Source: Alphaproteobacteria bacterium
GTDB lineage: Bacteria > Pseudomonadota > Alphaproteobacteria > UBA828
DNA: 64,000 nt
Direction of reading: 5' to 3'
Assembly: GCA_965237415.1 (NCBI GenBank)
Contig: CBDEFM010000002.1
Span: forward strand, 480,001 to 544,000
Below the pieces are notes generated by a model. That model did no database searches. It saw only the letters and a program-made list of their open reading frames with translations, and was not told the DNA's origin. Positions 57,780 through 64,000 of the stretch are shown here, one piece after another (positions within the stretch are counted from its first letter, which is position 1; each line of letters opens with the position of its first letter). The translations under genes and the position numbers were made by a program.

Positions 57780-58229
57780 ATGGTCGAGATCGCCTTCTAC
57801 CAGCTTCGCCGCACGCCGTTGGAGAAAGCGCTCCCGAAACTCTTGGAGAAAGTGCTGGAGAGCGGCCGCCGCGCCGTGGTGCTCGCTGCGTCGGAGGAGC
57901 GCGCGGAAGCGCTGAACGCAGCGCTCTGGACCTACGATCAGGGCTCGTTCCTGCCCCACGGCACGGCGCGGGACGGCCGGCCCGAGCGCCAGCCGATCTT
58001 CCTTGCGACCGACGACATCAATCCCAATGGCGCCCAGGTCGCCGTCATGGTCGATGGCGTCGCCCCAGCCGATCCCAGCCGTTTCGAGCGCTGCCTCGAC
58101 ATGTTCGACGGGACCGATCCGGCGGCGCTCGAGGCGGCCCGCGGCAGGTGGCGGGCGCACAAGGACAGCGGCGATACAGTCACCTATTGGGAGCAAACCC
58201 AGGGCGGGGCATGGGAGCGGCGGGCGTAG
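57780..58229 (+). CDS. holC: DNA polymerase III subunit chi
   Basis: FYQL, LP.LLEK, LWTY...SFLPHG, AR.RW; follows pepA. Confidence 0.93.
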   Translation: MVEIAFYQLRRTPLEKALPKLLEKVLESGRRAVVLAASEERAEALNAALWTYDQGSFLPHGTARDGRPERQPIFLATDDINPNGAQVAVMVDGVAPADPSRFERCLDMFDGTDPAALEAARGRWRAHKDSGDTVTYWEQTQGGAWERRA

Positions 58230-58243
58230 ACCGGTCGAAGACT

Positions 58244-59617
58244 GTGACCGACAGGATCAGAGCAGATCTCTGCGTGATCGGGGCCGGATCGGGCGGGCTT
58301 TCGATTGCTGCCGGCGCCGTCCAGATGGGCGCCTCAGTGATCCTGATCGAGCAGTCCCGGATGGGCGGGGAGTGCCTGAACACGGGATGCGTTCCCTCCA
58401 AGGCTTTGCTGGCCGCAGCCGCGCGGGGCGACGATTTCGCCGCCGCCTACGACCACATGCGCCAGGTGATCGCTGCCATCGAGCCTCATGACTCGGCCGA
58501 GCGCTTCCGCGGTCTCGGCGCCCACGTGGTACTCGGCAAGGCCCAGTTCGTCGCGCCGCGCTTCCTGAAGGTCGGCGATACCAGCGTCACCGCGCGGCGC
58601 TTCATCGTCGCGACCGGCTCCGCGCCCGTTATCCCCTCGATTCCGGGCCTCGATTCGGTCCCCTATTTCACCAATGAGACACTGTTCGATTCGGCGCCTG
58701 AGCCGCGCCATCTGCTGGTGCTGGGCGGCGGCCCGGTCGGAGTCGAGATGGCCCAGGCCTACCGCCGGCTAGGCGCCGAGGTCACGCTGGTCGAGAGGAA
58801 GCGGCTGCTCGGGCGCGACGATCCGGAGCTCGTGGCCATCGTGCGCGCGCAGCTGATCGAGGACGGCGTGACGATCCACGAGGAGACTCCGGTCACGGCC
58901 GTCGAGGCGGACGGCGCCGGCGTCGCGCTCACCTGCGGCTCGGGCGATGCGAGCCTGCGACTCTCCGGCACTCATTTGCTCGTGGCGGCGGGCCGGCGGC
59001 CGAAGATCGACGGACTCGGGCTGGAGGACGCCGGTGTTGCGCTTAACGACGGCGTGCCCCTGATCGACGCCCGTCTGCGAACGACGAACAAGCGAATCTT
59101 CGCGATTGGCGACGTCGTCGGCCCCTACCGTTTTACCCATACGGCAAGCTATCAGGCGCGAATCGTGATCACGAACGCGCTCTTCCGGCTTCCGGCGCGG
59201 GTCCGCTACGACGCGGTGCCGTGGGTCACCTATACCGATCCCGAGCTCGCCCATGTCGGCCTGAGCGAGGCGGAGGCACGCGCCAAGGGCAACGAGGTGC
59301 GCATCCTGCGCTTCCCGTTCGAGGAGAACGACCGTGCCATCGCCGAGGGTGCCACAAGTGGGCTGGTCAAGGTCGTGGCGACTCCGCGCGGCCGGGTGCT
59401 CGGCGCCTCCATCGTCGGCGCCCATGCCGGCGAGCTGATCCTCCCGTGGGTCCTGGCCGTGAAGTACCGGCTTGGAGTGGGCAAGCTGGCGCAGGCGATC
59501 GTGCCTTACCCGACGCTGAGCGAGGCCAGCGCACGCGCCGCCGGGAGCTTCCATGCGCCGATGCTGTTCGGCCCGCGCACCAAGCGTCTGGTCCGTTTGC
59601 TCGCCCGCCTGGGGTAA
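58244..59617 (+). CDS. Pyridine nucleotide-disulfide oxidoreductase (LpdA/MerA-like)
   Basis: GAGSGG, GGECLNTGCVPSK, GGGP.G.E, AIGD, FTH, YPT; GTG start. Confidence 0.88.
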   Translation: MTDRIRADLCVIGAGSGGLSIAAGAVQMGASVILIEQSRMGGECLNTGCVPSKALLAAAARGDDFAAAYDHMRQVIAAIEPHDSAERFRGLGAHVVLGKAQFVAPRFLKVGDTSVTARRFIVATGSAPVIPSIPGLDSVPYFTNETLFDSAPEPRHLLVLGGGPVGVEMAQAYRRLGAEVTLVERKRLLGRDDPELVAIVRAQLIEDGVTIHEETPVTAVEADGAGVALTCGSGDASLRLSGTHLLVAAGRRPKIDGLGLEDAGVALNDGVPLIDARLRTTNKRIFAIGDVVGPYRFTHTASYQARIVITNALFRLPARVRYDAVPWVTYTDPELAHVGLSEAEARAKGNEVRILRFPFEENDRAIAEGATSGLVKVVATPRGRVLGASIVGAHAGELILPWVLAVKYRLGVGKLAQAIVPYPTLSEASARAAGSFHAPMLFGPRTKRLVRLLARLG

Positions 59618-59700
59618 TCGCCCGCGGTCGGCGTGGCGCTCGCCAGTCGCCGGCTCTATAGTCGAGCAGGCGAAGCAACGGGCGATCGCTCCAGAACGCC

Positions 59701-61146
59701 GTGACTGGGTTTTCCTCTTCGGTCCTGTCGCGGGCCGCCAGCGGCCTCTCGGCGCGGCTGCTCGTGCTCACGGTGCTCTTCGTCCTCTTGGGCGAAATCT
59801 TCATTTACGTCCCGTCGATCGCGCGTCACCGGTTGGTCTTTCTCGAAGAGCGGATCGATGCTGCCCGGATCGCGGCCCTGGCGGTCGAAGCATCGCCGGA
59901 TGGCATGGTGACTGAGGAGCTCCGCGCCGCCCTCCTGGCCCGCGCAGGCGTGACGACAGTCTCCCTCAAGCGGCCAGGCTCGCGCCGGCTCGTGCTTGCC
60001 GGCGACATGCCAGTGACCATCGATGCGAGCTTCGATTTGCGCGAAGCCACGCCGATGCGCCTGATCGGGCAGGCCGCCGATGCGCTGCGCCACGGCGGCG
60101 AGCGGACGATCCGGGTGATGGGCGTAGCACCCGGCGATCCATCCGACACGGTGGTCGACATCGTGCTGCCGGAAGCCCCGATGTTCGCGTCGATGCTCGA
60201 CTATTCGGGGCGGATCCTGTTGCTCTCCATCATCCTCGCCTTCGTTGTTGCGGGTCTGGTCTATCTCTCGCTGCACTGGCTCATGGTTCTGCCGCTCGGT
60301 CGCATTACCGACAGCCTGGTCTCGTTCCGCCGCGCGCCGGAAGATGATGCCGCGACCGTCAAGGTCAGCGGCAGGCGCGACGAAATCGGCCTCGCGCAGC
60401 GGGAGCTTCAGGTCATGCAGCGGCGTGTGCGCGCGGCGCTCCGGCAGCGGGCGCGGCTCGCCGCCGTCGGTGCCGGCGTCGCCAAGATCAACCATGATCT
60501 CCGCAACATGCTGGCCACAGCCGCCGTATTGACCGACCGCCTGGCGGCGGCGCGCAACCCGGAGGTGCAGAAGCTCGCGCACCCTCTCGTCGCGGCGATC
60601 GACCGGGCCATCGCGCTCTGCACCCATACGCTCAGCTTCGCAACAGGTCGCCTGCCGGCGCCCAGTCGCACGTCGTTCGCGCTCGCGCCTCTGGTCGACG
60701 ACGTGCGGGCGGCATTTCCCATCGGCGATGGCGACCCGGTCTCTTGGCAGAACGAAGTATCCTCGGAGCTGATTGTCACCGCCGACCGCGACCAGCTCTA
60801 CCGGGTCATCATCAATCTGGCGCAGAACGCGGTGCAGGCGCTGGCTTGCCGTGAGGGGGGCGGGACGGTGCGCGTGAGCGCCTGGCGCGATGCAGGCGGT
60901 ACGGTCATCGAGATCGCCGATACGGGTCCTGGCATTCCCGCCTCGGTGCGCGACCGCATGTTCGAAGCCTTTGCCGAGGGCGGCCGCAGCGAAGGCACGG
61001 GCCTCGGCCTCGCCATCGCGCGCGACCTCATGCGCAACCATGGCGGCGATATTCACCTCGAACGGTCGGATCCCTCGGGCACCGTTTTCAGGCTGCGCAT
61101 ACCCGATACTCCCGATCGGGACGTCGCCGAGAAACCCGACGGATGA
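59701..61146 (+). CDS. Membrane sensor histidine kinase (HAMP-HisKA-HATPase)
   Basis: Two TM segments, RDEIG, KINHDLRN, NL..NA, DTGPG, GTGLGL. Confidence 0.9.
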   Translation: MTGFSSSVLSRAASGLSARLLVLTVLFVLLGEIFIYVPSIARHRLVFLEERIDAARIAALAVEASPDGMVTEELRAALLARAGVTTVSLKRPGSRRLVLAGDMPVTIDASFDLREATPMRLIGQAADALRHGGERTIRVMGVAPGDPSDTVVDIVLPEAPMFASMLDYSGRILLLSIILAFVVAGLVYLSLHWLMVLPLGRITDSLVSFRRAPEDDAATVKVSGRRDEIGLAQRELQVMQRRVRAALRQRARLAAVGAGVAKINHDLRNMLATAAVLTDRLAAARNPEVQKLAHPLVAAIDRAIALCTHTLSFATGRLPAPSRTSFALAPLVDDVRAAFPIGDGDPVSWQNEVSSELIVTADRDQLYRVIINLAQNAVQALACREGGGTVRVSAWRDAGGTVIEIADTGPGIPASVRDRMFEAFAEGGRSEGTGLGLAIARDLMRNHGGDIHLERSDPSGTVFRLRIPDTPDRDVAEKPDG

Positions 61147-61172
61147 GGGGATAGCGGCTCTCGGGCGTTGGT

Positions 61173-62915
61173 TCAGTGGCCGAGCGCAACCCCTTCGCGG
61201 CGGGGGTCGGCGCCACCCTCGAGCTGGCCGCCCACACGGCGGATGGCGTGCAGGCCGCTCACCAGCGGCCGGATGCGCACCTCGTGCCCCAGCGCCTCCA
61301 GGGAAGGGGCAAGTTGTTCGAGCGCGGTGTTTGCCTCCAGCTCGGTCGCACCGTTCCGGTTGACGTGCCGAGGCAGGCTGAGCGCCGCCTGAGCGTCGAG
61401 CCCCCAATCGATGAGGGCGATGACCGATTGCGCGACAAAACCGATGATGCGCGAGCCGCCGGGGGAGCCGAGCGTCGCGACGAGATTGCCGTTTGCATCG
61501 AAGATCAGCGTCGGCGTCATGGATGAGCGGGGCCGCTTGCCCGGTTGCACCCGATTCGCGACCGCACCGTTTGCATCCTCGGGCGCGAAGGAGAAGTCGG
61601 TGAGCTGATTGTTCAGGATGAATCCCGCAACCATGAGTCGCGAGCCGAATGCGCGCTCGACGCTGGTGGTGAATGAGACGGCGTTGCCGCGCGAATCGAC
61701 GACCGAGAGATGGCTCGTGGAGGCGAGTTCCGGCGACGCGCTATCGGCGCGATCCAGCTCCTCGGAGCCCGGCGGCACGCCCGGCACGGCCTCGCGCATT
61801 GCACGGTTGGGGCCGATCAAGAGAGCCCGCTGGCCCAAATAATTCGGGTCCAGCAGCCCGTCGATCGGAACCGGCACGAAATCCGCGTCCGCCAGGTAGC
61901 GATTGCGGTCGGCGAAGGCGAGGCGGCTCGCCTCGCTGATGAGGTGGACAGCTTCCGCGGAATTGGGGGCGACAGAGGCGAGGTCGAAACGCTCCAGCAA
62001 ACCGAGGATCTGCAGCATCGTCACGCCGCCCGAGCTCGGCGGCCCCATGCTGCAAACCCGGTGGCGCCGGTAGTCGAGACACACGGGCGGCCGTACATGG
62101 GCGCGGTAAGAGGCGAGATCGGCGCGCGCAAGAGATCCCGGATTCACGGGATCGTCCTGCACGGCGGCGACGATCGCAGCTGCGATCTGTCCCTCGTGGA
62201 GAGCGTCCGCGCCGTCGCGCGCGATGGCCCTCATCGTCTCGGCGTAGCCCCGATTTATTAGTATTTCGCCCGCGCGTTTCGGGCTCCCGTTCGGGTGAAA
62301 GAAGTAGGCTCGGGCGGTAGGGAAGCGCGCAAGGCCGAGGTTCTCCTCGATCATATGCGCAAGCCGCGGCGAAATGCCGAAGCCACGCTCGGCGATTGTC
62401 GCAGCGGGCTCGAAGAGCCGTGCCCAAGGCATGCGGCCATGGGCGCGGTGCGCACGTTCAAGCATCGGGACGACGCCTGGCACTCCGACCGGAAGGCCGC
62501 CGACAGCGACCGCCTGCCAAGGGCGCGGTGTGCCGTTCGCATCCAGAAAAAGCCGTTCATCGGCGGCGGCCGGTGCAGTCTCGCGCCCGTCATAGGTCTC
62601 TACGACCCCTCGCGCCGCATCGTAGTAGAGCAGAAAGCCGCCGCCGCCGACGCCGGAGGACTGCGGCTCGACGAGGCCCAGCACCATTTGCGTCGCGATT
62701 GCCGCATCGATGGCGCCGCCGCCTGCTTCGAGGATGCGGGCGCCCGCCTCTGCGGCAGCAGGGTGAGCCGCCGCGATCATCGCGTGCTCCGCGCGGACCG
62801 GGGTGTCGTCCGCGCCGGCACCGACGGACATCGATAGAGACAACAGCGCAAGAAGAAGCAGCGCCGCGACTCGCGCGCGCAACCCGAACCATTGCCCGAC
62901 TGGATTCGCCCGCAT
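61173..62915 (-). CDS. ggt: Gamma-glutamyltransferase
   Basis: GG.AIDAA, EPQSSG.GGG, YDGRE, TSHLS (catalytic Thr), LNNQLTDF, KRPRSSM, GSPGG, DPRREG. Confidence 0.95.
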   Translation of the reverse strand: MRANPVGQWFGLRARVAALLLLALLSLSMSVGAGADDTPVRAEHAMIAAAHPAAAEAGARILEAGGGAIDAAIATQMVLGLVEPQSSGVGGGGFLLYYDAARGVVETYDGRETAPAAADERLFLDANGTPRPWQAVAVGGLPVGVPGVVPMLERAHRAHGRMPWARLFEPAATIAERGFGISPRLAHMIEENLGLARFPTARAYFFHPNGSPKRAGEILINRGYAETMRAIARDGADALHEGQIAAAIVAAVQDDPVNPGSLARADLASYRAHVRPPVCLDYRRHRVCSMGPPSSGGVTMLQILGLLERFDLASVAPNSAEAVHLISEASRLAFADRNRYLADADFVPVPIDGLLDPNYLGQRALLIGPNRAMREAVPGVPPGSEELDRADSASPELASTSHLSVVDSRGNAVSFTTSVERAFGSRLMVAGFILNNQLTDFSFAPEDANGAVANRVQPGKRPRSSMTPTLIFDANGNLVATLGSPGGSRIIGFVAQSVIALIDWGLDAQAALSLPRHVNRNGATELEANTALEQLAPSLEALGHEVRIRPLVSGLHAIRRVGGQLEGGADPRREGVALGH

Positions 62916-62928
62916 GACCGACCTTCGC

Positions 62929-62957
62929 TTGACGTGGCACCGGGGCTTCACTAAGTG
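62929..62957 (+). promoter_or_regulatory. Putative sigma70 promoter of tRNA-His
   Basis: TTGACG-N17-TAAGTG just upstream of the tRNA, overlapped by palindrome GGCTTCAC-TAA-GTGAAGCC. Confidence 0.4.
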
Positions 62958-62968
62958 AAGCCGGCAGC

Positions 62969-63046
<78 letters not shown>

Positions 63047-63293
63047 ACTCTTGCCCCGGGTTTGCAGTGCTTCTGGCGGCGTAGCCCTCGGGCCGATCCC
63101 ATGACAGCAAGAACGTGTGCTTGCCAAGCGAGGGCAGGTATAGCAGCGTGTCGCATCGGCCGTTGGCACATCCGCGCCTCGGATTCGAGCGGAGGGCGCC
63201 GGACTGGCCACGGCGCTGGAGGCTGCGCGGGAACGGCTGCGGCCAACGCGACGGTACCGCCCGCAAGGCCTCCTATCGAGCGAGGACCGAAGA

Positions 63294-63716
63294 GTGGGCG
63301 CGAACCTTACCCTCAATATGGAAGCGAGGTTCGACGAGATCGACCGCATTCACGCGGCGGTCGAAATATTGGCGGCGGCCGAGGGCTGGGAGCCCGATCT
63401 TGTGTTTCAGATCAAGCTCGTGGTCGAGGAAATCGGCACCAACATCGTGAAGTACGGATACGATGACGAGGGAGACTCGGATATTCGGATCACGCTGACC
63501 TCGGAAAGCGACGCCCTCACCATGGAAATCGTCGACGGCGGCAAGCCGTTCGATCCGTTCGCCGAGGCGCCGCCGCCCGACCTCGACTCGCCGATCCCGG
63601 ATCGCCCCATCGGCGGGCTCGGTGTCTATCTCGTGCAAAAGCTGATGGACGAGTCCCAATACCGGCGCGAGAACGGCAAGAACAAGGTGACCCTGATCAA
63701 GCGTCGGAAGCCATGA
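63294..63716 (+). CDS. Anti-sigma factor / Ser kinase (RsbW-like, HATPase_c_2)
   Basis: LVVEE..TNIVKYGY, DGG.PFDP, RPIGGLG.YLV..LMD. Confidence 0.9.
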   Translation: MGANLTLNMEARFDEIDRIHAAVEILAAAEGWEPDLVFQIKLVVEEIGTNIVKYGYDDEGDSDIRITLTSESDALTMEIVDGGKPFDPFAEAPPPDLDSPIPDRPIGGLGVYLVQKLMDESQYRRENGKNKVTLIKRRKP

Positions 63717-63827
63717 CGCGCTGGCGTTCCGCTCTCGCTGCCCCGCTGATCGCGGCTGCTGCCGTGCTTGCGCCATCCTGTTGAGCCGGCGCTGAGGGAC
63801 GGCGCGCGGTCCTCACCGATGGACGGC

Positions 63828-64000
63828 ATGGCGATGCTCTGGAGCGGCCTCGCTGCGGCAGGCGCCGCCATTTGGCTCTGCATCCTCGTGCTTCCCTGGC
63901 AGCCCTGGCGCGTGCGGGAACGGCTGGAGCCGGAGATCGCGAACGATGTAACGGAGTTCGGCCTCGAAGACGTGACGGTCCTCATCCCGGCCCGCGACGA
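63828..64000 (+). CDS. GT2 glycosyltransferase, HpnB-like (N-terminal part, runs off window end)
   Basis: Translated by hand: N-terminal TM IWL...LPWQPW...ERLE, then VTVLIPARDE. Confidence 0.65.
   Translation, partial: MAMLWSGLAAAGAAIWLCILVLPWQPWRVRERLEPEIANDVTEFGLEDVTVLIPARD

Noticed and set aside
58244-59617. Mercuric reductase MerA
   Set aside because: No N-terminal HMA domain, no C-terminal Cys-Cys pair and no mer operon
63047-63293. Integrative element at tRNA-His
   Set aside because: No integrase and no duplicated tRNA 3' end seen in the window

Overview
GC-rich alphaproteobacterial chromosome segment; gene content and a G-1:C73 tRNA-His point to a Rhodospirillales-like lineage. Core genes: nuoL(3' end)-nuoM-nuoN-birA-coaX-rnj-mce-DUF1467-tag, proS-lolC/E-lolD, ubiX, ampG, ibpA-DUF1150, chvG-chvI, pckA, pepA-holC, ggt and tRNA-His. 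These are interrupted by accessory blocks: ABC transporters, oxidoreductases, a decayed xylose-type ABC operon, a complete IS5 element with TTAG target duplication, and a CitE / AbfD-like / 2x SnoaL cluster. The most unusual signals are: (i) a family of small non-coding inverted-repeat (MITE-like) elements, two of which carry a near-identical 35-bp telomere-like array (GGGATTAAGT)n that fits the canonical G-quadruplex pattern; (ii) a secreted glycine-zipper protein with four His/Gln/Arg-rich YVHPQ repeats behind a GTAAA-N5-GTAAA box; (iii) a four-gene wHTH-regulated envelope operon whose TPR-like protein ends in CxxCY; (iv) an AbfD-like enzyme with a rearranged Fe-S ligand set. No CRISPR array, rRNA or prophage was seen. 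All family assignments come from motif recognition by eye, not from database searches.
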